A stretch of DNA of 64,000 bases from contig JBKPSU010000008.1 of NCBI GenBank assembly GCA_046735135.1, forward strand, positions 30,580 to 94,579, in the 5' to 3' direction. The notes beneath the pieces were generated by a model. That model saw only the letters and a program-made list of their open reading frames with translations, was not told the DNA's origin and ran no database searches. The first letter of the stretch is position 1, and every line of letters starts with the position of its first letter. This document shows, piece by piece, positions 50,806-61,004 of this stretch. Position numbers and translations under genes: made by a program. The stretch is from Actinomycetota bacterium. GTDB lineage: Bacteria > Actinomycetota > Actinomycetes > Mycobacteriales > Mycobacteriaceae.

Positions 50806-51126
50806 TCAGCAGTCGACATCGAGGTACACGGTCTTGTCCGTGACCGTAGTGACGATGCTGCTGCCTGCGCCCGGCGCCCCTGAGTCGTTGCGCTCAAATG
50901 TCTGACCCGAGCGCACCGAGTGCACCACACACTGATCGAGTGGAGCCGTGCCGATCTTGTCGAGGATGACGTGAAAACCTTGGGCCTGCAGACTGTTCAG
51001 CGCTTCCGACGCCGTCGCGGGTCCCGACGGAGCAGCGTTGGCCGCGCCGCCCAGCCCAATAGCAGCAGCCGCCGTCGCGCCCGCTGCCAGCATGCACTTC
51101 ACCGTGTTGTTTATTTTCGTTTGCAT
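50806..51126 (-). CDS. Small secreted protein of unknown function
   Basis: Signal peptide MQTKINNTVKCMLAAGATAAAAIGLGGAANA followed by APSG. Two Cys residues. Good codon usage. 106 aa. Confidence 0.7.
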   Translation of the reverse strand: MQTKINNTVKCMLAAGATAAAAIGLGGAANAAPSGPATASEALNSLQAQGFHVILDKIGTAPLDQCVVHSVRSGQTFERNDSGAPGAGSSIVTTVTDKTVYLDVDC

Positions 51127-51153
51127 ACCCGTAGCTACCGCCGCGGGTTACAA

Positions 51154-51696
51154 CTACAGCGGCGATGCTCCCCGCAGGTGCTCGAAGATCAGCGACGTCT
51201 GAGTGCCCGCGACGTCGGCGTCGGCGTTGAGGTTCTCCACCACGAACGACCGCAGATCCTCGGTGTCGCGGGCGGCCACGTGCAGGAGGAAGTCGTCGGC
51301 GCCCGCGAGGAAGTAGACGTCCATCACCTGGGGCTTGCGCCGAATCTGCTGGATGAAGCTCCGGATCTTGGCCCTGGCATTCGCCTGCAGGCTGACCGAG
51401 ATCATCGCCTGCAGTGACAAGCCGATGGCTGCCGGGTCGATGTCGGCGTAGAAGCCGCGGATGACGCCGAGCTCGTGCAGCCGGCGAACCCGGCCGTGAC
51501 ACGTCGACGGTGCGATCCCGACGGCGTCGGCGAGTGCGCTGTTCGGCATGCGAGCGTCGCGGTGCAAGAGAATCAAGATCCGCCGGTCGACGTCGTCGAT
51601 CTCGGGCGACCGAACATCCTTCGGCGGACGCTGTCGGCTCACCGTCGCTAATGACGATTCTTCGATCACACAAGCATGATATCGAATGATCACCAA
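51154..51696 (-). CDS. aldR: Lrp/AsnC-family regulator (AldR-like); start uncertain
   Basis: DDVDRRILILLHRDARMPNSALADAVGIAPSTCHGRVRRL HTH plus a RAM domain. Divergent from ald. The first 18 codons are AT-rich, so GTG 51642 is a plausible alternative start. Confidence 0.85.
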   Translation of the reverse strand: MVIIRYHACVIEESSLATVSRQRPPKDVRSPEIDDVDRRILILLHRDARMPNSALADAVGIAPSTCHGRVRRLHELGVIRGFYADIDPAAIGLSLQAMISVSLQANARAKIRSFIQQIRRKPQVMDVYFLAGADDFLLHVAARDTEDLRSFVVENLNADADVAGTQTSLIFEHLRGASPL

Positions 51697-51762
51697 CTCT
51701 ATTGCTTCATTGTCGAATGTTCTTCAGAATTTGACTAGTCCATCGACAAAACAGGAGAAGTC

Positions 51763-52878
51763 ATGCGCGTCGGTATTCCGACCGAGATCAAGAACAACGA
51801 GTTCCGAGTTGCCATCACCCCGGCCGGCGTTGCCGAGTTGGTCCATCGCGGCCACGAGGTGCTGATTCAGGCGGGCGCGGGCGACGGCTCCGCGATTTCG
51901 GACGCGGACTTCAAGCGCGCGGGCGCCCAGATGATCACCAGCGTCGACGAGGTGTGGGCCGAGGCCGATCTGCTGCTCAAGGTCAAGGAGCCGATCGAGC
52001 CCGAGTACAGCCGCATGCGCAAGGGCCAGACGCTGTTCACCTACCTGCACCTGGCCGCCTCCAAGCCGTGCACCGATGCGCTGATGGGTTCTGGCACCAC
52101 GTCGATCGCCTACGAAACGGTCCAGACCGCCGACGGCGCGCTGCCGTTGCTCGCCCCTATGAGTGAGGTCGCGGGCCGCCTCGCCGCGCAGGTCGGCGCC
52201 TACCATCTGATGCGCACCCACGGCGGCCGCGGCGTCCTGATGGGCGGCGTTCCAGGGGTAGCGCCTGCCAACGTCGTGGTGATCGGCGGTGGAATGGCCG
52301 GCGACAACGCCGCCGCCGTTGCCAAGGGCATGGGCGCCCGCGTCACGGTCTTCGACCTGAACATCAACACGCTGCGCAAGATCGACGCCGAGTACGGCGG
52401 CAGCATCGAGACCCGCTACTCGTCGCGCCTCGATCTAGACGACGCGGTCAAGGAGGCCGATCTGGTGATCGGCGCGGTCCTGGTCCCCGGCGCCAAGGCG
52501 CCCAAGCTCGTCACCAATTCGACCGTCGCGCATATGAAGCCGGGTTCCGTGCTGGTCGACATCGCGATCGACCAGGGTGGCTGCTTCGAGGACTCACGCC
52601 CCACGACACACGACGACCCAACCTTCGCCGTGCACGACACGCTGTTCTACTGCGTGGCCAACATGCCCGGCGCGGTGCCGCGCACGTCGACGTACGCGCT
52701 CACCAACGCGACCATGCCGTACGTGGTCAAGCTCGCCGAGCGGGGCTGGAAGGGAGCTTGCAACGCCGATTCCGCTCTAACGAAGGGGCTTTCGACGCAC
52801 GAGGGTGCACTGCTCTCCGAGCAGGTGGCAACCGATCTCGACCTGCCCTTCACCGACCCGGCCACCGTGCTGGCCTGA
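51763..52878 (+). CDS. ald: L-alanine dehydrogenase
   Basis: [23 protein letters not shown] start, NAD motif [14 protein letters not shown]. 371 aa. AGGAG RBS. Confidence 0.95.
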   Translation: MRVGIPTEIKNNEFRVAITPAGVAELVHRGHEVLIQAGAGDGSAISDADFKRAGAQMITSVDEVWAEADLLLKVKEPIEPEYSRMRKGQTLFTYLHLAASKPCTDALMGSGTTSIAYETVQTADGALPLLAPMSEVAGRLAAQVGAYHLMRTHGGRGVLMGGVPGVAPANVVVIGGGMAGDNAAAVAKGMGARVTVFDLNINTLRKIDAEYGGSIETRYSSRLDLDDAVKEADLVIGAVLVPGAKAPKLVTNSTVAHMKPGSVLVDIAIDQGGCFEDSRPTTHDDPTFAVHDTLFYCVANMPGAVPRTSTYALTNATMPYVVKLAERGWKGACNADSALTKGLSTHEGALLSEQVATDLDLPFTDPATVLA

Positions 52879-52882
52879 TCGC

Positions 52883-53269
52883 TCAACCGAACAACTCCCC
52901 GTCCACGTAAAACCAACGACGGGCTCTAACGGCGAAGTGGGACCGCTCATGCAGCGTCCCACTTCGTCGGCTTCGGCGGTAGTGAGCGCGGAACTCGACC
53001 TCTCCCTCTTCATCGCCCGGCTGTCCCGCGACCGTGTCAAGGATCTCCAGGCCCGTCCACGTCTCATCCGACGGTTTCAGCGCGTCGGGTCTGGTGCGCG
53101 GATGCCAACTCCGCCAGACGTAGTCCAGATCCCCGACCGCGTACGCGCTGTACCGCGATCTCATCAGCTCTTCCGCGGTTGTCGCGAGGCGCTCCCCCGC
53201 ATGCAGCGGTCGGCAGCATCGACCGAACACCTCTCCGCTGCCACACGGACAGTCACCGGTCGCCGCCAC
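52883..53269 (-). CDS. YchJ-family / SEC-C motif protein
   Basis: CPCGSGEVFGRCC SEC-C metal-binding motif and an NTF2-like remainder. GTG 53269, 1 nt after the rhomboid stop, is preferred over the overlapping TTG 53311. Confidence 0.75.
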   Translation of the reverse strand: MAATGDCPCGSGEVFGRCCRPLHAGERLATTAEELMRSRYSAYAVGDLDYVWRSWHPRTRPDALKPSDETWTGLEILDTVAGQPGDEEGEVEFRAHYRRSRRSGTLHERSHFAVRARRWFYVDGELFG

Positions 53270-53270
53270 G

Positions 53271-54092
53271 TCAAGCCAGCGCCAGCAGATCGCTTGTGCG
53301 CCACCAGACAAGGGCGGCGAACACCGCGATCACCGCAAGCGTCGCACCCCACTGCACCGCATTGCGGTTCTTGGCCGGCGCGTACGCGTAGGCGAAGGCG
53401 ACCAGGCCGCCCGTCACCAGTCCGCCGACGTGGCCCTGCCAGCTGATCGACGGGACGGTGAATGTGATGACGAGGTTGATCACGATCATGATGACGACCC
53501 AACGGATATCGACGTTGACCTTCCTCGCCACCACGAAAGTCGCTGCGAACAAGCCGAACACCGCGCCCGATGCACCCGCCGTCGCCGCACTTATCGGCGA
53601 AAGCAGATAGACCGCCACCGAGCCGCCCAACGCGCTCAGCACATAGAGTGCGCCGAAACGCATTCGGCCCAGCCATATCTCGAGCGGCGGACCCACCACA
53701 TACAACGCCCACATGTTGAACAGTAAGTGGGTGATTCCGTAGTGCAGGAACGCCGACGTGATCAATCGGTACACGTCACCGTGCACGGCGATGCCCGGCG
53801 CCCACAGCACAAGGTCGCGCGCCAAGCTCGGCGACACAGTCTGGCCGATGAAAAGCAGTACGTTGATCGCGATCAACGCATAGGTGACGACCGGAGTCGT
53901 CGTCGACCGCGACCGTTCGCCGACGGCAGTCCGCGGCCGCCGCACTGATCGGGCGCCCTCGCGCACGCACTCGACACACTGGTGGCCGACCGCGGCGTCA
54001 AGCATGCACTCGGGACAGATGTAGCGCCGGCAACGCATGCACTGCACGTACGTCGGCCGGTCCGGGTGCCGGTAGCACTGCTGTTCGGTCAT
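53271..54092 (-). CDS. Rhomboid-family intramembrane serine protease with N-terminal zinc ribbon
   Basis: CYRHPDR...CMRCRRYICPEC...CVEC Cys pairs. Rhomboid core with HLLFNM, catalytic GASGAVFG and downstream GHVGG. Confidence 0.88.
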   Translation of the reverse strand: MTEQQCYRHPDRPTYVQCMRCRRYICPECMLDAAVGHQCVECVREGARSVRRPRTAVGERSRSTTTPVVTYALIAINVLLFIGQTVSPSLARDLVLWAPGIAVHGDVYRLITSAFLHYGITHLLFNMWALYVVGPPLEIWLGRMRFGALYVLSALGGSVAVYLLSPISAATAGASGAVFGLFAATFVVARKVNVDIRWVVIMIVINLVITFTVPSISWQGHVGGLVTGGLVAFAYAYAPAKNRNAVQWGATLAVIAVFAALVWWRTSDLLALA

Positions 54093-54095
54093 GAC

Positions 54096-54998
54096 CTATC
54101 CCAGCAGCGAGGGCACCAGCTGCGCGGCGACTTCGCCGATCAGCACTCGATTGTTCGGCGCCTTCGGATCGTCGGCCTGTGATCGCGTCATGATCGCGAG
54201 CAGCAGCCGCTGGCCCTGTGGCCCGTAGGCGATGCCGACGTCGTTGGTGCTGCCGTAGTCGCCGTTGCCTGTCTTGTCGGCGGTGGTCCAGCCTTCGGGT
54301 AGGCCTGCCCTGACGCTCGACGTCTCGTTGGCCCGCAACCAGTCCTCCAGCTGCTGCCTCTGCGGGGGCGCCAGCTCGTCACCGGTGAGCAGCGTGCGGT
54401 AGCCGTTGCCCAGCGCATTCGGTGTGCTCGTGTCGCGCGGGTCGCCCGGGATCGCCGAATTCAGCTCGGTCTCCCAGCGGTCGAGACGCGTGCGGGGGTC
54501 GCCGATGCTACGCGCGAAATCGGTGATGGCGGACGGGCCGCCGATGGTCTGCAGAAGCAGATTGCCCGCACAGTTGTCGCTGACCTGTACCGCGGCCGCG
54601 CACAGCTCGGCCAGCGTCATCCGGCCACCGGAGTTCGGTGCGGTCCGCGGCGAGTTTGGCAGCACGGCTTGCTTGGGGTCGACGAAGACCCGCCGATCCA
54701 ACGTCAGCTCGCCCTGTTGCACCATCTGCAACACGCGGACGGCGGCATAGCCCTTGAACGTCGAGCACATCGCGAACGGCTCACCGTCGAGGTGCGCCAC
54801 CGTACTTCCGGTGTCCAGGTTGACCGCGTATACGCCGATCTTGGTTTTGGTCCGCCGCTGCAGCGCGTCGAGTAGTTCATCGATCGGAGCGACAGCTGGG
54901 TCGGCCAATGCGGGTTTCTCGGCGGCGGCGGCGAGGCCGGCCAGCGCCAACCCGCCGACGAGCACGCTTCGTCGGGATAGTCGATTCACCGCTCCCAC
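54096..54998 (-). CDS. Class A beta-lactamase with Tat-type signal
   Basis: SRRSVLVGG twin-arginine signal. Motifs STFK, SDN, RWETELN (Glu166 region) and KTG are all present. Confidence 0.9.
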   Translation of the reverse strand: MGAVNRLSRRSVLVGGLALAGLAAAAEKPALADPAVAPIDELLDALQRRTKTKIGVYAVNLDTGSTVAHLDGEPFAMCSTFKGYAAVRVLQMVQQGELTLDRRVFVDPKQAVLPNSPRTAPNSGGRMTLAELCAAAVQVSDNCAGNLLLQTIGGPSAITDFARSIGDPRTRLDRWETELNSAIPGDPRDTSTPNALGNGYRTLLTGDELAPPQRQQLEDWLRANETSSVRAGLPEGWTTADKTGNGDYGSTNDVGIAYGPQGQRLLLAIMTRSQADDPKAPNNRVLIGEVAAQLVPSLLG

Positions 54999-55007
54999 GG
55001 TAAGCGA

Positions 55008-56360
55008 TCAGCCCGCGATGGTCCGAAGCGCCTGCGGCAGCGCCTTTTTGGTGCGGTACGGGCCCAGCACGGCCGCGCCATAGGGCTTGGCCAGCAGTTG
55101 GTGGGCGACCGCGTTCACCTCATCGAGGGTGACCTCGTCGATCAGCGCAAGGGTTTCGTCGATGCTCCGATGCTCGCCGTAGTTGAGCTCGCTACGACCG
55201 ATGCGGTTCATCCGTGAGCCGGAGTCCTCGAGGCCCAGCACCAGCCCGCCGCGCAGCGAGCCCTTGGCGATCCGGCACTCGGCTTCGGTGATGCCGTCGC
55301 GGGCAACCTCGGCCAACACGTCCGTCGTCACCCGGGTCACCTCGCCGAACCGCTCGGGCAGGCACGCCGCATACACCGAAAGCGCGCCGCTGTCAGAGAA
55401 GGTGTCCACCGTCGAATACACCGAGTAGGCCAGCCCGCGGGATTCGCGAATCTGTTGGAACAAGCGGGAACTCAGGCCGCCACCGAGCGCGGTGTTGAGC
55501 ACGGACAGCGCCCACCGATGCTTCCAGTGCCTGCCCGGCACCCGCACCCCGAGCGACATATGGGTCTGTTCGGCGTCGCGGTTGACCACCTCGAGGGACG
55601 GCCGCCCGGTCACCCGGCCGGTGCCCTTTCGGGGTGACACGGCGATGCGATCACGCACCAGGTGCCTACCGAAGTGCTCGCGCACCAGCGCCACGATCTC
55701 GTCGTGATACACGTTGCCCGCGACGGCCACCACCATCCGTTCGGGGGTGTAGCGACGCACATGGAACGAATGCAGCTGTGATCGCGTCATCGCCGAAACC
55801 GAAGCCGCACTGCCGATCACGGGTCGTCCCACCGGGTGCGCGCCGAAGACCGCCGACAGGAACACGTCGCCGAGGGTGTCCTCGGGATCGTCGTCGCGCA
55901 TGGCGATCTCCTCGAGCACGACGGCACGCTCCAGCTCCACGTCGTCGGCCTCGCAGCATCCCCGCAACACGACGTCGGCGACCAGATCGATCGCCAGATC
56001 CACGTCGGTGTCGAGCACATGCGCGTAGTAGCAGGTGTGCTCCCTCGCGGTGAACGCGTTCAGTTCACCGCCGACGGCGTCGACCGCCTGGGCGATGTCC
56101 ACCGCACTGCGGGTCGGGGTCGACTTGAACAGCAGGTGTTCCAGGAAGTGCGCGGCACCCGCGACGCTGGGCCCCTCGTCGCGCGAACCGACGCCCACCC
56201 ACACGCCCACGGACGCCGAGCGGACCGACGGGATGTACTCGGTGACGACGCGCAGACCGCCCGGAAGGGTGGTCCGGCGCACCGTCGACGATTTCGCGGA
56301 CGCGTTGCCGCCGCGGACCTTTCGCAGGCCCGCCTTGCCGTTAACTGCCTGTCGTGGCAT
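55008..56360 (-). CDS. pepR: M16-family zinc protease PepR
   Basis: HFLEHLLF inverted zinc motif. ATG 56360 (MPRQAVNG...) overlaps the pnp 3' end by 20 nt. Confidence 0.92.
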   Translation of the reverse strand: MPRQAVNGKAGLRKVRGGNASAKSSTVRRTTLPGGLRVVTEYIPSVRSASVGVWVGVGSRDEGPSVAGAAHFLEHLLFKSTPTRSAVDIAQAVDAVGGELNAFTAREHTCYYAHVLDTDVDLAIDLVADVVLRGCCEADDVELERAVVLEEIAMRDDDPEDTLGDVFLSAVFGAHPVGRPVIGSAASVSAMTRSQLHSFHVRRYTPERMVVAVAGNVYHDEIVALVREHFGRHLVRDRIAVSPRKGTGRVTGRPSLEVVNRDAEQTHMSLGVRVPGRHWKHRWALSVLNTALGGGLSSRLFQQIRESRGLAYSVYSTVDTFSDSGALSVYAACLPERFGEVTRVTTDVLAEVARDGITEAECRIAKGSLRGGLVLGLEDSGSRMNRIGRSELNYGEHRSIDETLALIDEVTLDEVNAVAHQLLAKPYGAAVLGPYRTKKALPQALRTIAG

Positions 56361-58593
56361 CGACCGGCGAATCCGCAGGAGCCGCCGCGGCGTCGTCGTC
56401 CAGGGCGACGAGGACCAGCGAGATCTTGCCGCGATTGTCGATGTCGGCGATCTCAACGCGCAGCTTGTCGCCGACCTTCACCACGTCTTCGACCTTCGCG
56501 ATGCGCTTGCCCCTGCCGAGCTTGGAGATGTGCACCAGCCCGTCACGGCCGGGCAGCAGCGACACGAATGCGCCGAAATCGGTTGTCTTGACGACGGTTC
56601 CGAGGAACCGCTCGCCGATCTTGGGCAGCTGCGGGTTGGCGATCGCGTTGATCCGGTCGATCGCGGCCTGTGCCGAGGGCCCGTCGGTCGCGCCGACGAA
56701 CACGGTGCCGTCGTCCTCGATCGAGATCTGGGCGCCGGTCTCCTCGGTGATCGCGTTGATGACCTTGCCCTTGGGCCCGATGACCTCGCCGATCTTGTCC
56801 ACCGGCACCTTGATAGCGGTGACGCGCGGGGCGTACGGGCTCATCTCGTCGGGGCCGTCGATGGCCTCGGCCATCACCTCGAGGATCGTCAGCCGGGCGT
56901 CCTTGGCCTGCGACAGCGCGCCCGCGAGCACCTTCGACGGAATGCCGTCGAGCTTGGTGTCCAGCTGCAGCGCGGTGACGAAGTCCTTCGTGCCCGCGAC
57001 CTTGAAGTCCATGTCGCCGAACGCATCCTCGGCTCCGAGGATGTCGGTAAGCGCGACGAACCGGCGCTCGGTGCCGCCGTCCTCGAGCTCGACGTCGTCG
57101 GACACCAGGCCCATCGCGATGCCTGCGACCGGAGCCTTCAGCGGGACGCCCGCGTTCAGCAGCGCCAGCGTCGACGCGCACACCGAGCCCATCGAGGTGG
57201 AGCCGTTCGAGCCGAGCGCCTCCGACACCTGCCGGATCGCGTACGGGAACTCCTCGACGCTGGGCAGCACGGGAACGAGTGCCCGCTCAGCCAGTGCGCC
57301 GTGCCCGATCTCGCGGCGCTTGGGCGAACCGACGCGGCCCGTCTCACCGGTGGAATACGGCGGGAAGTTGTAGTGGTGCATGTAGCGCTTGGAGGTCTCG
57401 GGCCCCAGCGAGTCGATCTGCTGGGCCATCTTCACCATGTCCAGCGTGGTCACGCCAAGGATCTGGGTCTCGCCACGCTCGAACAAAGCGCTGCCGTGCG
57501 CACGCGGAACGACGGCCACCTCGGCCGACAGCGCGCGGATATCGGTGATGCCGCGGCCGTCGATACGGAAGTGGTCGGTCAGGATGCGCTGGCGGACAAG
57601 CTTTTTGGTCAGTGACCGGAACGCAGCGCCGATCTCCTTCTCCCGGCCCGCGAACTGCTCGCTGAGCCGATCGAGCACCTCGGCCTTGATCTCGTCGGTG
57701 CGGTCGTTGCGCTCTTCCTTGCCTGCGATGGTGAGCGCCTTGGCGAGCTCATCGGTGGCCACCGAGGACACGGAGTAGTACACGTCGTCCTGGTAGTCGG
57801 GGAAAACCGGGTACTCGCCGGTTTCCTTGCCTGCGCGGGCGGCCAATTCCTCCTGGGCCGTACACAGCGCGGCGATGAACGGCTTGGCGGCCTCGAGACC
57901 CTCGGCGACGACGGCCTCGGTCGGGGCGCCGGCGCCCCCCGAGATGAGCTCGATGACCTTGTCGGTGGCCTCGGCCTCGACCATCATGATGGCGACGTCG
58001 TCACCGGCCTTGCGCCCCGCGACGACCATGTCGAACACGGCTCCCTCGAGCTGCTCGACGGTCGGGAACGCCACCCACTGTCCGTCGATCAGCGCGACGC
58101 GCACGCCACCGACGGGGCCGGCGAACGGCAGCCCGGAGATCTGTGTCGACGCCGATGCGGCGTTGATTGCCAACACGTCGTACAGGTCTTTGGGGTCCAG
58201 GCTCATCACGGTGACGACGACCTGGATCTCGTTGCGCAGACCCGACACGAACGTCGGGCGCAGCGGGCGGTCAATGAGCCGGCAGGTCAGGATCGCGTCG
58301 GTGGACGGACGACCCTCACGCCGGAAGAACGAGCCGGGGATGCGCCCGGCGGCATACATGCGCTCCTCGACGTCGATCGTCAACGGGAAGAAGTCGAAAT
58401 GGTCTTTGGGGCTCTTGCTGGCGGTCGTGGCCGACAGCAGCATGGTCTCGTCGTCGAGGTATGCGACGACGGAGCCTGCGGCCTGCTGGGCGAGCCGGCC
58501 GGCTTCAAAGCGAATGGTGCGGGAGCCGAAGCTCCCGTTGTCGATGACGGCGGTCGACTCGAAAACGCCGTCCTCAATTTCTGCGACAGACAT
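56341..58593 (-). CDS. pnp: Polyribonucleotide nucleotidyltransferase (PNPase / GpsI)
   Basis: Two RNase PH domains, then KH and S1 domains ([28 protein letters not shown]). 750 aa. Confidence 0.96.
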   Translation of the reverse strand: MSVAEIEDGVFESTAVIDNGSFGSRTIRFEAGRLAQQAAGSVVAYLDDETMLLSATTASKSPKDHFDFFPLTIDVEERMYAAGRIPGSFFRREGRPSTDAILTCRLIDRPLRPTFVSGLRNEIQVVVTVMSLDPKDLYDVLAINAASASTQISGLPFAGPVGGVRVALIDGQWVAFPTVEQLEGAVFDMVVAGRKAGDDVAIMMVEAEATDKVIELISGGAGAPTEAVVAEGLEAAKPFIAALCTAQEELAARAGKETGEYPVFPDYQDDVYYSVSSVATDELAKALTIAGKEERNDRTDEIKAEVLDRLSEQFAGREKEIGAAFRSLTKKLVRQRILTDHFRIDGRGITDIRALSAEVAVVPRAHGSALFERGETQILGVTTLDMVKMAQQIDSLGPETSKRYMHHYNFPPYSTGETGRVGSPKRREIGHGALAERALVPVLPSVEEFPYAIRQVSEALGSNGSTSMGSVCASTLALLNAGVPLKAPVAGIAMGLVSDDVELEDGGTERRFVALTDILGAEDAFGDMDFKVAGTKDFVTALQLDTKLDGIPSKVLAGALSQAKDARLTILEVMAEAIDGPDEMSPYAPRVTAIKVPVDKIGEVIGPKGKVINAITEETGAQISIEDDGTVFVGATDGPSAQAAIDRINAIANPQLPKIGERFLGTVVKTTDFGAFVSLLPGRDGLVHISKLGRGKRIAKVEDVVKVGDKLRVEIADIDNRGKISLVLVALDDDAAAAPADSPVDATTGS

Positions 58594-58870
58594 ATGTGTC
58601 CGTGAGGCCTCTCTGGGTCTTTCTTCAGCTGTTTCGCGGCGTCGCGCCCAGAACGCTGAGCTGCCCTGGCAGACCAGGGGCCTCGATGCGGCTACGGCCG
58701 TCGATCGAAGCGGCCGGAGTAGACACCCCGGCAGCCACTACCGAAGACCGCCCGATCAGGCGGGTCCTGAGGGACGCGCAGGAACGGCGCACGCGGAACT
58801 GCGAGAACCGCACCCAATTGTTCGCCCCGAAAACGGCTGACGAACGCACCCATGTTACACGGGCGTTGCC

Positions 58871-59140
58871 TCAGCGACGCAGGCCAAGGCGGTCGATCAG
58901 GGAACGGTAGCGCTCCACATCGACCTGGGCGACGTACTTGAGCAGACGACGGCGCCGACCGACCAGCAGCAGCAGTCCGCGCCGCGAGTGATGGTCGTGC
59001 TTGTGCACCTTCAAATGCTCGGTCAGGTCGGCGATGCGCTTGGTCAACAGCGCGACCTGTGCCTCCGGTGAGCCTGTGTCGGTTTCGTGCAGGCCGTAGG
59101 AGCCCAAAATGTCTTTTTTCTGTTCGGCAGTGAGCGCCAC
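58871..59140 (-). CDS. rpsO: 30S ribosomal protein S15
   Basis: [59 protein letters not shown] 59140 with GGAG upstream. 89 aa. Confidence 0.95.
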   Translation of the reverse strand: MALTAEQKKDILGSYGLHETDTGSPEAQVALLTKRIADLTEHLKVHKHDHHSRRGLLLLVGRRRRLLKYVAQVDVERYRSLIDRLGLRR

Positions 59141-59255
59141 GAGATAATCTCCATCAATAGGTCCGCGAGGATTCTTTGAGGCGCAGCCGCCGCGAACTGC
59201 AGCATGCACCTGGTCGGCGTGAAGTCTAACAGCGGGCGCGTTTGCGGCCGAATCG

Positions 59256-60230
59256 CTACTGGGCGGCCAGGATAGCCCTGGCTCGCTTTGTGTCTCCGCC
59301 CATGGCCTTGACCAGGGCATCCACCGACTCGAAGCGCTCCTGGCCGCGGATGCGGGCGACGAAGTCCACTGCGACGTGTTGTCCGTACAAATCGGCGTCG
59401 GTGTCGAGCACGAACGCTTCGACGGTGCGGGTGCGGCCCGAAAAGGTCGGGTTGGTGCCGACCGACACCGCCGCCTGATACCGCTCACCGGGAACGACGG
59501 TGCCCATCACGGGGCCATGACCGATCACGGTGAACCACGCCGCGTACACCCCGTCGGCGGGGATGGCCGAATACATCGGCGGGGCGACGTTGGCGGTCGG
59601 ATAGCCGAGCACCTTGCCGCGCCCGTCACCGCGGACCACCACACCCTCGACGCGGTGCGGACGGCCCAGCGCCTCCGCCGCGGCGACGACGTCGCCCGCA
59701 TCCACGCAGGACCGGATGTAGGTCGAGGAGAAGGTGACCGTCTCGTCCTGGTGGTGCTCGGCCACCAGCGACATGCTCTCGACGGCGAAGCCGAACCGCT
59801 CGCCTGCCTTGCGCAGCAAAGTGACGTTGCCTGCCGCCTTCTTGCCGAAGGTGAAGTTCTCCCCCACCACCACCTCGACGACGTGCAAGTTCTCCACCAG
59901 CAGTTCGTGGACGTAGCGCTCGGGCGTCAGCTTCATGAAATCCGACGTGAACGGCATGACCAGGAACACGTCGATGCCGAGTTCCTCGACGAGCTCGGCG
60001 CGCCGGGTGAGCGTGGTCAGCTGGGCGGGATGGCTGCCGGGGAAGACGACCTCCATCGGATGGGGGTCGAAGGTCATCAGCACGGTCGGCACTCCACGGG
60101 AACGGCCGGCCTTCACGGCGTGGTTGATCAGTTCCTGATGGCCGCGGTGAACACCGTCGAACACCCCGATCGTGACGACGCATCTACCCCAGTCTGTGGG
60201 GATATCGTCCTGCCCCCGCCAGCGCTGCAC
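59256..60230 (-). CDS. ribF: Bifunctional riboflavin kinase / FMN adenylyltransferase
   Basis: [11 protein letters not shown] nucleotidyltransferase motif and a C-terminal riboflavin kinase domain (PTANV, GTNPTF). Confidence 0.95.
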   Translation of the reverse strand: MQRWRGQDDIPTDWGRCVVTIGVFDGVHRGHQELINHAVKAGRSRGVPTVLMTFDPHPMEVVFPGSHPAQLTTLTRRAELVEELGIDVFLVMPFTSDFMKLTPERYVHELLVENLHVVEVVVGENFTFGKKAAGNVTLLRKAGERFGFAVESMSLVAEHHQDETVTFSSTYIRSCVDAGDVVAAAEALGRPHRVEGVVVRGDGRGKVLGYPTANVAPPMYSAIPADGVYAAWFTVIGHGPVMGTVVPGERYQAAVSVGTNPTFSGRTRTVEAFVLDTDADLYGQHVAVDFVARIRGQERFESVDALVKAMGGDTKRARAILAAQ

Positions 60231-60311
60231 ACAGGCAAGCCTACGGCGCGCCGCAGCGGCAGGCTCCTCTACATCCCCAGATCAAGTGACCATTGCCTAA
60301 ACTTTGTAGGT

Positions 60312-61004
60312 GTGAGCCCGAACGGTGACCCGCGCGACCTGACCGCAGTCGCCCAGGATTACCTGAAGGTGATCTGGACCGCCCAGGAGTGGTCGCTGGA
60401 GAAGGTGAGCACCAAGATGCTCGCCGAGCGGATCGGGGTGTCCGCCAGCACCGCGTCGGAATCCATCCGCAAGCTCGCCGACCAGGGCCTCGTCGATCAC
60501 GAGAAATACGGAGCCGTGACGCTGACCGAGGCAGGTCGCAGGGCGGCATTGGCGATGGTCCGCAGGCATCGGCTGATGGAGACCTTCCTGGTTCGGATGC
60601 TCGGCTACAGCTGGGACGAGGTGCACGACGAGGCCGAGGTGCTCGAGCACGCGGTGTCCGATCGGATGCTCGACCGCATCGACGCCAAGCTCGGCCATCC
60701 GACCCGGGACCCGCACGGCGACCCCATTCCGGCGGCCGACGGCAACGTGCCGACCCCGGACGCGCGGCAGCTGTCGGTGTGCGCCGACGGCGAGGCGGGC
60801 ACGGTGGCCCGTATCTCCGATGCCGACTCCGAGATGCTCCGCTATTTCGACAGCGTGGGCATCAGCCTGGACTCCCGGCTGCGGGTGCTGGCCCGGCGTG
60901 ACTTCGCGGGCATGATATCGGTGGCGATCGAGTCGGCCGATGGCAAGAACAGCACCGTCGACCTCGGCAGTCCGGCCGCAGAAGCGATCTGGGTCGTCGG
61001 CTAG
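60312..61004 (+). CDS. mntR: DtxR-family metal-dependent regulator (SirR/MntR type, Rv2788-like)
   Basis: DYLKVIW...STASESIRKLADQGLV HTH, metal-site helix RRHRLMETFL...DEVHDEAEVLEH, and a C-terminal SH3-like FeoA domain. GTG 60312. Confidence 0.88.
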   Translation: MSPNGDPRDLTAVAQDYLKVIWTAQEWSLEKVSTKMLAERIGVSASTASESIRKLADQGLVDHEKYGAVTLTEAGRRAALAMVRRHRLMETFLVRMLGYSWDEVHDEAEVLEHAVSDRMLDRIDAKLGHPTRDPHGDPIPAADGNVPTPDARQLSVCADGEAGTVARISDADSEMLRYFDSVGISLDSRLRVLARRDFAGMISVAIESADGKNSTVDLGSPAAEAIWVVG

